From IMG/VR virus record IMGVR_UViG_3300042566_001359: a stretch of 64,000 nt of DNA. One strand, written 5' to 3'. Of this stretch, positions 49,244 to 57,618 are shown piece after piece. Every line of letters starts with the position of its first letter. The first letter of the stretch is position 1. Position numbers and translations under genes: made by a program. The notes below the pieces were generated by a model. The model saw nothing but the letters and a program-made list of their open reading frames with translations. It did no database searches and was not told where the DNA came from. Origin of the DNA: a virus (lineage: Duplodnaviria; Heunggongvirae; Uroviricota; Caudoviricetes; Demerecviridae).

Positions 49244-49629
49244 TTCTTGGCCTTTTCTACAGCTTTTTCAATGCCTTCGTCAATATAGCCGTCTAGTTTT
49301 TGATTAATAATGGTAAGTACTTTGGAACCCATTTGCTCCACCTTAGGGTCTTGAGCAATTTTTTGTGCAGCATAAGCACCTACCATAGTGTATGCTGTCT
49401 TCTGACTAGGAAGAATCACTACTAAGAATACTGCCGCTAGACCAATACCAAACCACATTTTGACTCGTTTCCAAGCCCAGAGCTTGTTCTTATTATCGTC
49501 GCCATACTGATCGCCCATATAGAGGAATAAGCCTAATACAATCAGTGCAGATAGTCCAACTAAGGCACCAAGAATGCCACGGATACCTGATAATGTATTA
49601 ATTGCGTAAACAAGTAGTGCTAAATCCAT
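49240..49629 (-). CDS. Membrane protein (3 predicted TM helices)
   Basis: 129 aa; hydrophobic segments; immediately upstream partner of SPFH gene. Confidence 0.5.
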   Translation of the reverse strand: MDLALLVYAINTLSGIRGILGALVGLSALIVLGLFLYMGDQYGDDNKNKLWAWKRVKMWFGIGLAAVFLVVILPSQKTAYTMVGAYAAQKIAQDPKVEQMGSKVLTIINQKLDGYIDEGIEKAVEKAKK

Positions 49630-49630
49630 A

Positions 49631-50428
49631 TTACTTGTTCATCATCAGTGCTGTGAAGTTGCTGGGCACAACAATAGTCTGTACTTTGCCGTTCTTGATA
49701 CCTTCTGAGATATTCAACATGGCTTGTGCTTCCATAAACTTGATAGAACTACCACTGTTGTTGGCCAGTGCTGCCATACGGCGGCTTTCAGCTTCAGCAG
49801 TTTTAACTTCAACTTCTTTTTGCTTCAATTCGTTCTTGCTTCGAACCAGAGCATTAGCACTTTCAACAACTGTGTCACTTGGAACCACGTTACGAATCAT
49901 AACTTGACTAATCATGATTGCGCCGTCCAACTTTTCTTCGGCAAGGTTGCGAACGATTTCTTCTTGGATGAATCGTTCCATTTCATTACGCTTGTCTGCC
50001 ATATCCAGTGCTTCGTACTTGCGAGCTGCCTTGTAGATAGCGTTACGAGCATTTTGAACAATGTAGTTGTACATCACATAAGTATCACCTTTGAACTCAG
50101 CGTGGAAGCTTTTGTTCTTGGTTGAGTACAGTTCAGAAACTTGTTGGGGATTGATGTTGTAGACAACCACAGCATCCAAGTCTTTCATGGTAGAATTGTC
50201 AGCAGCCACTGGAGTCATGTTATCCATAGTAACATTAACATCTTTGATGGGAAAGGTCAATACCGTGCCAACAAGAGTTTGGTTAAAACTGCCGGGCAAC
50301 AGTTCACCACTTTGCACTTGTTTGTCAAAACCAACGCGCACGCCGACTTCGCCGGTTTCGATACGAGTACAGCCAGTAGCAGCAACAATAACAGCAGAAA
50401 GAGCAAGAAGTTTAAAAGTATTTTTCAT
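49631..50428 (-). CDS. SPFH/band-7 (prohibitin/HflC-like) lipoprotein
   Basis: lipobox VAATGC; SPFH-like core with C-terminal coiled coil (EAESRRMAALANN). Confidence 0.7.
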   Translation of the reverse strand: MKNTFKLLALSAVIVAATGCTRIETGEVGVRVGFDKQVQSGELLPGSFNQTLVGTVLTFPIKDVNVTMDNMTPVAADNSTMKDLDAVVVYNINPQQVSELYSTKNKSFHAEFKGDTYVMYNYIVQNARNAIYKAARKYEALDMADKRNEMERFIQEEIVRNLAEEKLDGAIMISQVMIRNVVPSDTVVESANALVRSKNELKQKEVEVKTAEAESRRMAALANNSGSSIKFMEAQAMLNISEGIKNGKVQTIVVPSNFTALMMNK

Positions 50429-50589
50429 TTAAAATAGTTGTGTGATAACAAAAAGAATTATTAGAGAAGCTGTAGCAAATGCTCCAACCTTAAACGCAAG
50501 TTTATACTCGCGTAGTGTAAATTTGCTAACAGCGTTATAAACAAAAGCTACTAGTAGAGTTACTAGTACAAATGCTATGAATATTTGAA

Positions 50590-51216
50590 TCAAATTCGTA
50601 CTCCTAGTTCACGAAGATGTTGAAGGCTGGCAAGCTCGTAAGCTTCTTGGTTTGCAGATTGCAACCACTTATCCGCTAGCAGCCACACACGGTAGATATA
50701 ACCGTATTTTTCGGTTTTGGTTTCAGTGTCAATACGAGCCAAGCTGTCGTAACGGGCACTGTAAACAATCTCGCCTACTTGGAATCGGTCACGCACTGCA
50801 CCGTCTGGAATAAGTTCTGGACTAAAGTAAGTATGGCCGGGCACACGGATTGGAACCGCGTGTGTTTCTAGAATATTTTTAATAAACGTGGGACTACGAT
50901 AAGTCATCTTGCTGATAGCGTCCACTGTTTCGCCGTTCAAGTACTCCGAAATAATGTACACAATGTCCTCGCGACTGGCAGGCTTACCACGTAGTTCAGC
51001 ACGCCGCTGTGCGTTACGAGCCTGAGTCTTTTTAAATTCTTCAATGATCGTACCAAGACGCGTGGTGTTGTATGCCATGCCTAGAATCTGGCAGGCATCT
51101 TTTTTGGTAATAGGTTTTACACCCTGTTCGATTGGCTCAAGCAATCGAATAACTCTGCTAATGTTAGCATCAGTCATCAATTCTGCTTCCAAGTCGCTTC
51201 GTTTTTTGGTTGCCAT
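50590..51216 (-). CDS. Hypothetical protein with HTH-like segment
   Basis: 208-aa ORF. Confidence 0.5.
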   Translation of the reverse strand: MATKKRSDLEAELMTDANISRVIRLLEPIEQGVKPITKKDACQILGMAYNTTRLGTIIEEFKKTQARNAQRRAELRGKPASREDIVYIISEYLNGETVDAISKMTYRSPTFIKNILETHAVPIRVPGHTYFSPELIPDGAVRDRFQVGEIVYSARYDSLARIDTETKTEKYGYIYRVWLLADKWLQSANQEAYELASLQHLRELGVRI

Positions 51217-51395
51217 TATTTAGCCTTTATAATAGATTTACATATAGGACACACAATACCTTGCACTACGTCAAAATCACCTAAGTAATCATGATTTATT
51301 CTGTGCTCTTGTATTTCCTCGTAGCTGTAGGCTAGCTCAGAATTACATTTTGGGCAAGTACAAGTAAAATTATTGCGCCTAACTACGTGTACCAT
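51216..51395 (-). CDS. Small zinc-ribbon protein (start at internal Met; abuts next ORF)
   Basis: CTCPKC...CPICK pattern. Confidence 0.4.
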   Translation of the reverse strand: MVHVVRRNNFTCTCPKCNSELAYSYEEIQEHRINHDYLGDFDVVQGIVCPICKSIIKAK

Positions 51396-51396
51396 A

Positions 51397-51609
51397 TTAA
51401 TACTTGCCTTTGGTTTTAATGCCGTACTTTTCCAGGTGGTTTGACTTTTGCTTTGCAGTATGCACTGCGATAGCTGTGCGTACTTCTTGCAGCAGCGCTT
51501 CGTCATCCCACACTAGCTCTGTACTACCATCTTGGTGTGTGGTAACTGTTAAGTGGCTGCCACGTACTACACGGGGCCACTTTTCTTTGGATTTTTTAAG
51601 TGTTGCCAT
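51397..51609 (-). CDS. Hypothetical small protein
   Basis: 70-aa ORF. Confidence 0.4.
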   Translation of the reverse strand: MATLKKSKEKWPRVVRGSHLTVTTHQDGSTELVWDDEALLQEVRTAIAVHTAKQKSNHLEKYGIKTKGKY

Positions 51610-51640
51610 AATAACAAAGGCGGCACGGAGCCGCCTGAGA

Positions 51641-52006
51641 TTAGCCTTTGATAACGCCCAAGAAGTAAACAGCGGCTTTGCCAGTCAATTTACTCAAGAT
51701 ATCAGCATCAACTGTTTTGCCTGCATCTTCGATAGCAGCAGTTAGGTCAGCAATAGCCGACTCTTTTGAAACGCGAGCAGGCTTGTCGCCAGTGCCAGCA
51801 GTTTTGGTTTTGCCTGGAGCAGCACCAGGGTCTTTTTTCACATACACGCCAGCTTGCACCAGCACCATACGCACGCCGTTAGCAGACATTTCGATTTCTT
51901 CGGCAATGTCTTTGATAATTTCGGTTGAGTTTTCAGGAGTTGGGCCAGCACCTTCGTACTTGGCAATAACTTCCGCTTTCAATTCATCAGTCCATGTAGC
52001 AGCCAT
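51641..52006 (-). CDS. Hypothetical protein sharing a domain with 45244..45993
   Basis: 121 aa. Confidence 0.5.
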   Translation of the reverse strand: MAATWTDELKAEVIAKYEGAGPTPENSTEIIKDIAEEIEMSANGVRMVLVQAGVYVKKDPGAAPGKTKTAGTGDKPARVSKESAIADLTAAIEDAGKTVDADILSKLTGKAAVYFLGVIKG

Positions 52007-52027
52007 TTTGTTTTCTTTCAGTTTTGT

Positions 52028-52321
52028 TTAAATGTGGTTTGTAGTTACGTCGGTCATTTTTTCTGGAAGGAATCGACGATAGTTATGCTTTAAGTCATAC
52101 TTTTGCATAATACTAATTTTAGCATTATACTGCTGGGCAAGCAAGTCACGATATTCGCTGGTGAATTCGGCAAACACTTCTTCTGGCATATCAGAAACGT
52201 CAATGCCTTCAAAGTGCTTGCAAGGTTGCAGGACTTCGATTACTGCACGATCACTGGTTGTGCCATCTGCTTTTGTGTATTTGAATTCTACGAGTTTCAT
52301 GTGGTTTGCCTTTTGTATCAA
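52028..52321 (-). CDS. Hypothetical protein
   Basis: 97 aa. Confidence 0.5.
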   Translation of the reverse strand: MIQKANHMKLVEFKYTKADGTTSDRAVIEVLQPCKHFEGIDVSDMPEEVFAEFTSEYRDLLAQQYNAKISIMQKYDLKHNYRRFLPEKMTDVTTNHI

Positions 52322-52372
52322 TCTAAGTATATATTATACAGCGATTGACATTGTGACTCAAGATAGAAATTC

Positions 52373-52633
52373 TTAATCTTGTTTGAATATTTCACGATGC
52401 AGCCCAGCTTGAAATCGCTGGGCCATAGTCTCGCTGAGCATGGGCGGTAGCAGCAGTGGAGCAACCACAGCACTAACCAAGATGTACACTATGGTACTAA
52501 TCTTGGGATATTGTGTAAAACTGTTTTGGATGCCAGCAGTTTTAGCCTGTTGCACCATTGGCCAAAACCACAAATAACACGCGGCAATTGCAATACTAAG
52601 TGCAAAAAGCAAATAGTACCCAATCAATTCCAT
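52373..52633 (-). CDS. Small membrane protein (2 TM)
   Basis: 86 aa, hydrophobic. Confidence 0.45.
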   Translation of the reverse strand: MELIGYYLLFALSIAIAACYLWFWPMVQQAKTAGIQNSFTQYPKISTIVYILVSAVVAPLLLPPMLSETMAQRFQAGLHREIFKQD

Positions 52634-53010
52634 GTGCTGGCCTTACGCATAAAAGCACGAGCGCCTAGTGAGAAGTCAACTTTGCCTTGTGGCAGGTTGA
52701 CAAACTGTTTGGTACCTGGCGTGCTTAGTGCCGCTTGCTGCACCTTAGGGTTGCTTGAGAACAGCTCTTTGGGAGCACAGCCACGAAACAGTTTAAACAG
52801 CTTGGCCAGGCGAATAGCGGTATGTGACCACTGTGGGTTGTTGGGCTTCTTACGCACCTGGCCAGACTCCAACACAGCATTTTGCAACTGCTTGTTATTA
52901 GGCTGAGACTTCAGCAAACGGGTAAGTCTACGCTTGCGATTGGCTTGAGTACGCAGTACTGCCTGAGAAGGGCCAGTGCTTGCTGCGGCTTTTTGAGGTT
53001 TTGTTGCCAT
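52624..53010 (-). CDS. Basic hypothetical protein
   Basis: 128 aa, Lys/Arg-rich. Confidence 0.5.
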   Translation of the reverse strand: MATKPQKAAASTGPSQAVLRTQANRKRRLTRLLKSQPNNKQLQNAVLESGQVRKKPNNPQWSHTAIRLAKLFKLFRGCAPKELFSSNPKVQQAALSTPGTKQFVNLPQGKVDFSLGARAFMRKASTWN

Positions 53011-53011
53011 T

Positions 53012-53266
53012 TTATAACTTTCGGATTTTGAATTGAGTTTTGTTGCTGTCTAGTGGCATAAGCTCTACTGCACCAGCGTTGGCTAAGAATTGCAGTGTTA
53101 AAAAGGCTTCGCCATAAGTTTGTATGGTTTCACCAGGCTCGTTTACTATACGGGTTACACCGTCTAACATTTGCAGTGTAACCGGCTGGAATTCACCAGT
53201 AACAAGCTCGCTGAGCAACTTCTTGAACGGATTTGGGGTCGTGTCGGACTTGGTCATTTTCCACAT
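53012..53266 (-). CDS. Hypothetical protein (start uncertain; overlaps next ORF out of frame)
   Basis: ORF 53012..53356 in track. Confidence 0.35.
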   Translation of the reverse strand: MWKMTKSDTTPNPFKKLLSELVTGEFQPVTLQMLDGVTRIVNEPGETIQTYGEAFLTLQFLANAGAVELMPLDSNKTQFKIRKL

Positions 53267-53558
53267 AGGCTTCTGAGGTACTTTCTGCATACATTTCAAG
53301 TTGTCGGGCAAGGGTAAGGGTATCGCTGATACGTGCAACTTCTGTGAGTGCAGCAATCAGGTCTGGAATGTTGTTAACCGCAATAGGCATATAGCGACCA
53401 CAACCGTCTGTGATAGCTACTTCATCAGTGCCGCCTGGATTGGTACCAAACTCAACATAGTTGTAGTAAAAGTTGCCGGATTTATCGGGGCCAAAAAGGT
53501 TGTCATCACCAAAGGTGTCAACGTCTTGGGCTGGAACTTGTGCGAAATTAATTTTCAT
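53193..53558 (-). CDS. Hypothetical protein
   Basis: 121 aa. Confidence 0.45.
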   Translation of the reverse strand: MKINFAQVPAQDVDTFGDDNLFGPDKSGNFYYNYVEFGTNPGGTDEVAITDGCGRYMPIAVNNIPDLIAALTEVARISDTLTLARQLEMYAESTSEAYVENDQVRHDPKSVQEVAQRACYW

Positions 53559-53640
53559 GTGATTTTCTAGTAGAGTTGCGTTGTTAAAGAATAATTATAT
53601 CAAAAAGTAACACACACTTCAAGTGAATATTTCTGCAAAC

Positions 53641-53668
53641 AAAAAACCCACCTGGATGGTGGGTTTGG
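53641..53668. terminator. Bidirectional rho-independent terminator
   Basis: AAAAAACCCACCTGGATGGTGGGTTT. Confidence 0.7.
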
Positions 53669-53676
53669 TGTGGTTG

Positions 53677-53753
53677 TGGTACGCCGAACAGGACTTGAAC
53701 CTGTGACCAACGGCTTATGAGGCCGCTGCTCTGACCAACTGAGCTATCAGCGC
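53677..53753 (-). tRNA. tRNA-Met/Ile2 (anticodon CAT)
   Basis: manual cloverleaf: acceptor GCGCUGA/UCGGCGU, loop CUCAUAA, T-loop UUCAAGU, encoded CCA. Confidence 0.8.
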
Positions 53754-54271
53754 ACTTTAGATTTAACTTCTTCTAGTGAAACGGGTGTATAATTGATTCG
53801 TTCCATACAAACGCTAAAATAGCGTTTATCAGGTATTTGTGATAGTGGCAAGCGCACTACATTGTGGTGTAAATGCCCGTGTACATTTAATCCCCAGCGA
53901 GCTAGTGACTCACTATGAATGGGGATGTGTGTCATGATCAAGCCTTCAAACTGGTGGCTACCACGAATGTCTTTGAAGTACTTGAGGTAATCTGATGCTT
54001 TGCACTGATCGTGATTGCCCTTGACTAGTATCTTTTCGCCATTCATGCGTGCAAGAATCTCTAGCCCACGACCTTTGCGATCCATGCAAACATCACCTAA
54101 AAAGTAAACCTTGTCGCCTGATTTAACCACACTGTTGTGCGAATTAACCATGTGTTCATTCATGTGACTTACACTTTCAAACTCACGCAGTGCTGTGCCG
54201 TTATCACGTTTGAAGGTAAGAATGTTGGCATGATGAAAGTGATGGTCTGATGCAAAAAAGATATTAGCCAT
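53747..54271 (-). CDS. Calcineurin-like metallophosphoesterase
   Basis: DHHFHH, GDVCMD, GNHD motifs. Confidence 0.8.
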   Translation of the reverse strand: MANIFFASDHHFHHANILTFKRDNGTALREFESVSHMNEHMVNSHNSVVKSGDKVYFLGDVCMDRKGRGLEILARMNGEKILVKGNHDQCKASDYLKYFKDIRGSHQFEGLIMTHIPIHSESLARWGLNVHGHLHHNVVRLPLSQIPDKRYFSVCMERINYTPVSLEEVKSKVR

Positions 54272-54567
54272 TAGTATTGCTGCCAGCTAGTATCGCCACC
54301 AACACGATAACCATCGTGCTTGTCTGGGTCGTAGTCCTGGAAACTACCTTCAATGTCGTCGCTATAAGACTCCGAATCTTCATCAAAGTCTGGTTCGTCA
54401 CAGTATTCTGAATATGGGTAAATGCCGTATGCCTCTGCATTTTCTTTGGCACGCTCCCAGCACAACTCATTGAGTTCATCATCAGTTGCATCAGGTGACA
54501 CTTCCCAGAACTCGTGACTATCCATGCCGCAATAGCCAGTATGTAAAAACAATACAATTTTACGCAT
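54271..54567 (-). CDS. Acidic hypothetical protein
   Basis: 98 aa. Confidence 0.45.
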   Translation of the reverse strand: MRKIVLFLHTGYCGMDSHEFWEVSPDATDDELNELCWERAKENAEAYGIYPYSEYCDEPDFDEDSESYSDDIEGSFQDYDPDKHDGYRVGGDTSWQQY

Positions 54568-54575
54568 ATGATTCC

Positions 54576-54932
54576 TTAGATACTAACAGTTTGTGGTTGT
54601 GGCACAGTCAATTCTGCGCCTTCCAAGCACGCAAACAAAAATGTCTTGCCTGGGTTTAGTTTTGCCAAACGACGGCACTCACTACGAGCATCTGCACGGT
54701 AATTGTGTACAACAGGTACAGCACTAAAACTAAGGCCTACATTTGGTTGGTAGCTGCCAACAATATATCGTTTGTTGCGAACAGCTTCGTGTGCGGAATT
54801 TTGATTGTCAATTGTTTTTGGTGTCATATTAATTTGATTTAGTTCATTTATTTCGTTAAGTTTCATAATATCGTTTCTCATGTTACCTAGTATGCTGGAT
54901 AACACGATAGCTTCATCGCTGTCTGAATTCAT
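54576..54932 (-). CDS. Hypothetical protein
   Basis: 118 aa. Confidence 0.5.
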   Translation of the reverse strand: MNSDSDEAIVLSSILGNMRNDIMKLNEINELNQINMTPKTIDNQNSAHEAVRNKRYIVGSYQPNVGLSFSAVPVVHNYRADARSECRRLAKLNPGKTFLFACLEGAELTVPQPQTVSI

Positions 54933-55002
54933 AATGAAAAATCCCCTAAAGAAGTATATATTATACTCAATTTAGGGGATTTGTTCAAGACTAAATTTTC
55001 AG
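54933..55002. promoter_or_regulatory. Hairpin AAATCCCCTAAA...TTTAGGGGATTT enclosing the conserved TATATTATAC promoter core
   Basis: 11-bp inverted repeat flanking the GTATATATTATAC motif upstream of ORF 54576..54932. Confidence 0.45.
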
Positions 55003-55006
55003 TGTT

Positions 55007-55081
55007 TGGTACATCCTGACAGTTTCGAACTGCCGACCCTCTCGGTGTAAACGAGACGCTCTACCACTGAGCTAAGGATGC
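55007..55081 (-). tRNA. tRNA-Val (TAC)
   Basis: loop UUUACAC, T-loop UUCGAAA, encoded CCA. Confidence 0.85.
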
Positions 55082-55086
55082 AATAT

Positions 55087-55160
55087 TGGAGCGAGGTACC
55101 GGGATCGAACCGGTCTCACCAACTTGGAAGGATGGGGCACAACCACTATACCAACCCCGC
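55087..55160 (-). tRNA. tRNA-Gly (TCC)
   Basis: loop CUUCCAA, one stem mismatch, encoded CCA. Confidence 0.75.
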
Positions 55161-55164
55161 ATTA

Positions 55165-55392
55165 TTATTTTCGTTTTTCAGCACCAATTCGTGATGCTTT
55201 GTTCCAGTCATAGGCAACACCGTCTGGGCATGTTCCATTTTCTATGGCATCTACGCCAAATATGCCTACAATTTCTATTGTGCCGTTTGTGATTGTCACA
55301 AACTCGTCCACATACTTGGCCATTTCTAGGGCCAGAGCTAAGTCTTCTGTTCGACCTCTTAGCAGGCCTTCGTTGTCTATTACTTTATACAT
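55165..55392 (-). CDS. Hypothetical small protein
   Basis: 75 aa between tRNA genes. Confidence 0.4.
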   Translation of the reverse strand: MYKVIDNEGLLRGRTEDLALALEMAKYVDEFVTITNGTIEIVGIFGVDAIENGTCPDGVAYDWNKASRIGAEKRK

Positions 55393-55398
55393 ATAAGT

Positions 55399-55474
55399 TG
55401 GTGCGGGCTACAGGGTTCGAACCTGCGACATCCTCGTTGGCAACGAGGTGCTCTACCAACTGAGCTAAGCACGC
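55399..55474 (-). tRNA. tRNA-Gly (GCC)
   Basis: loop UUGCCAA, T-loop UUCGAAC, encoded CCA. Confidence 0.85.
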
Positions 55475-55475
55475 A

Positions 55476-55799
55476 TTAAAATGGGATATCGTCATCAAAA
55501 CTGGTATCGTAATCTTGACGACTGGCAATTTCTGCCAAGTATTCATATTTTTGGCCGTCCATGTAGGGGGCAACTTCTTCAGCTTGGTGAATTGTCCAAC
55601 GAGCAAAACTAGCTTGTTCTTGTATTAATTCAATGGCTTCTGGCTGAAATTTAACATAACCGGACTTTTCTGCCCATATTAAGTATTCGTAGTGATCTTG
55701 GGCTACATCACAGATTCTGCATCCGGCTAGCTTACCAAATGTAATTGTGTCTGTAATACCCAGTTTAGGGTTCTTGAGCTTACTAAAACCAATAGCCAT
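55476..55799 (-). CDS. Hypothetical protein (start at internal Met to clear tRNA)
   Basis: ORF 55476..55835. Confidence 0.4.
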   Translation of the reverse strand: MAIGFSKLKNPKLGITDTITFGKLAGCRICDVAQDHYEYLIWAEKSGYVKFQPEAIELIQEQASFARWTIHQAEEVAPYMDGQKYEYLAEIASRQDYDTSFDDDIPF

Positions 55800-55963
55800 T
55801 ACCAGTGCCTCCACACACCTGCTACAATAAAGCAATTTGTGCCTATATAGCTGAGTACAATTATGGTTCGGATTATGGCTACCACGTCAGCCTCACAGTT
55901 ATTTTTTCCGGCTTTGGCGCCGAGGGCATTTGCCCAAAGTGTCCAAACTTTTTTCATGGTTTG

Positions 55964-56055
55964 TGGCGGGTGGCAGAGGAGTCGAACCCCATCCCGTTTC
56001 CGAGAACCTGGTTTTCAAGGCCAGTCGCAGGACCAACCCCGCTGCATTACCACCC
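55964..56055 (-). tRNA. tRNA-Ser (TGA), type II with long variable arm
   Basis: anticodon arm CUGGC-CUUGAAA-ACCAG resembles E. coli tRNA-Ser(UGA); variable hairpin UCUCG-GAAA-CGGGA; encoded CCA. Confidence 0.75.
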
Positions 56056-56060
56056 ACTGT

Positions 56061-56654
56061 TTATTCTTTGGCTGCGTCAGTTTCCTGTGCGCGAGCTGCC
56101 TGCAACTTTTCCAGTCGCTGTGCAACTTCGTCACTGGTCATCCAAATGTCTTTGTTGTGCAACATGCTGGAAATTTCTTCACTGGTTAAAAAGTCTTTGT
56201 ATACCGCACTCATAAAGTTTTCAGACCAACGACGTTCAAATTGCAGTTGATCGTACATTTCACCGCCTTTGCCAAATGTTCCAGCACTATAGTTGTGAAA
56301 CATAAAAAGACTGTGCGGTGTGATTTCGTGTGCATGACCGTGTAAGAAGATCATGGTGGCTGCACTCATGCAAGCGCCTTCAACACTGGTAACAATAGTT
56401 GCTTCTGTGTCCGACATTACTCGCAAGAACTGTAGTGTGGTATACAGGTCACCACCAGGCGAGTTGATATAAATACGAATAGTATCTACTTCGGATGCAT
56501 TGCGAATGCAATCAAACCACTCAATGTATTCTTCAGCATCTAGCACAGGGCCGCTTAGGTAAAACTCATGAAGCTGTGCAACTGGCTTTGAAAAGCTATT
56601 TGTGTACTTTTCAGGTTGAAACAATTTAGGGTCGAGATAATTGTCTTTGTTCAT
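56061..56654 (-). CDS. ClpP-like serine protease
   Basis: INSPGG motif, Ser in GACMSAA, His in FMFHN; 197 aa. Confidence 0.75.
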   Translation of the reverse strand: MNKDNYLDPKLFQPEKYTNSFSKPVAQLHEFYLSGPVLDAEEYIEWFDCIRNASEVDTIRIYINSPGGDLYTTLQFLRVMSDTEATIVTSVEGACMSAATMIFLHGHAHEITPHSLFMFHNYSAGTFGKGGEMYDQLQFERRWSENFMSAVYKDFLTSEEISSMLHNKDIWMTSDEVAQRLEKLQAARAQETDAAKE

Positions 56655-56669
56655 GCGTTCCTTTAATAT

Positions 56670-56742
56670 AATTAAGCACTCTAGCTAGCCGTGGAGCCCT
56701 TGCTGTTATGCGCGGTGGGGTTTTAACCCAAAAGTGCTTAAT
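56670..56742. repeat. Perfect 12-bp inverted repeat TAATTAAGCACT...AGTGCTTAATTA directly upstream of ClpP-like gene
   Basis: direct reading. Confidence 0.8.
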
Positions 56743-57136
56743 TATATTTGCCAGCTTATTCTGTTACGAGGGAAGCCGAGCGAGAAACCCTAAGCAGTTT
56801 TTAAGCTGCTAGTGCGTACGTTTGATCGTTTGCGTTTATTTTTGTTTTGTGTCTGCGGCCAGGTAGAGCGTCTTTTTGTGCTATATGCACAACGACTACA
56901 CTTTGCCCCCAACCCTACGGCTTCTACATTGCCGAGTTGTCTACTTTGCTACTCTTAGCCCGGTCGATCCTGTGTCAGGCCCATCAAAAGCATACTACTA
57001 GCATATAAGCTAAAAGAGCCGATCCTTCCAACCGCTGTCGGCCACCCTTTGGGTAGGGTAATATACTTATGGTGGACCTGGCGGGCACTGCCCCCGCGTG
57101 TCGAACTCTTTTGGGTCTGCTTCATACAACCATATT

Positions 57137-57215
57137 TTAGCACACTAACGGACATGCGTCGTAACCACTTTCTAAGCCTGTGCACAGGCAGTGGGCTTCT
57201 AGTATGCTAAAATAT
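57137..57215. repeat. Inverted-repeat hairpin element A1 (CCATATTTTAGCACACTAAC...50 nt...TAGTATGCTAAAATATGG) abutting tRNA-Thr CCA end; spacer contains palindrome GCCTGTGCACAGGC
   Basis: direct reading; arm sequence ~85% identical to element at 63522..63632. Confidence 0.8.
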
Positions 57216-57290
57216 GGTGCCGGTTGCATGAATCGAACACGCGACCTTCTCGTTACAAGGGAGTTGCTCTACCAACTGAGCTAAACCGGC
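57215..57290 (-). tRNA. tRNA-Thr (TGT), weak anticodon stem
   Basis: perfect acceptor, D and T arms; anticodon loop CUUGUAA closed by only 3 bp. Confidence 0.65.
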
Positions 57291-57327
57291 ATTAATTGAC
57301 TATTTATTCCGCCGCCCGTCAATTAAG

Positions 57328-57404
57328 GGAACTACTGGAGTCGGTGACAGGATTCGAACCTGCATAATACGGATTTGCAATCCGTGGCCTAGCCGTTCAG
57401 CTAC
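57328..57404 (-). tRNA. tRNA-Cys (GCA)
   Basis: ACGGA-UUGCAAA-UCCGU anticodon arm, perfect acceptor, encoded CCA. Confidence 0.8.
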
Positions 57405-57413
57405 ACACCGACA

Positions 57414-57617
57414 TTAAATTTGTTGAGTACTTATACAAGTCTCAAAACCGTTCCACAGTCGCTCAAACTTCATTTGATACATTTGCTTGAGTCCGATCAA
57501 GTAGTTCATACGTTGATCTTCGTCCATGTTGTCATACATATCTAGATACAACTGAATGTCGTCAGTTACATTCCAGCATTGCATGATATTTTGTTCTAGG
57601 TCAAAGCGATCGCTCAT
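57414..57617 (-). CDS. Hypothetical small protein
   Basis: 67 aa. Confidence 0.4.
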   Translation of the reverse strand: MSDRFDLEQNIMQCWNVTDDIQLYLDMYDNMDEDQRMNYLIGLKQMYQMKFERLWNGFETCISTQQI

Positions 57618-57618
57618 T

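Noticed and set aside
55385-55606. ORF 55385..55606 and the long form of ORF 63127..63513
   Set aside because: Their 5' portions run through tRNA-Gly(GCC), tRNA-His and tRNA-Ser; shorter forms starting at internal Met were used instead.
55805-56250. Plus-strand ORFs 55805..56215, 55863..56189 and 55930..56250
   Set aside because: They overlap tRNA-Ser(TGA) and the ClpP-like gene on the opposite strand, and all neighbouring genes are on the minus strand.
57001-57214. A tmRNA or intron-containing tRNA upstream of tRNA-Thr
   Set aside because: The GAGUUCGACAC segment is not a canonical T-loop and no acceptor pairing could be found. The local structure is better explained by inverted-repeat element A1.
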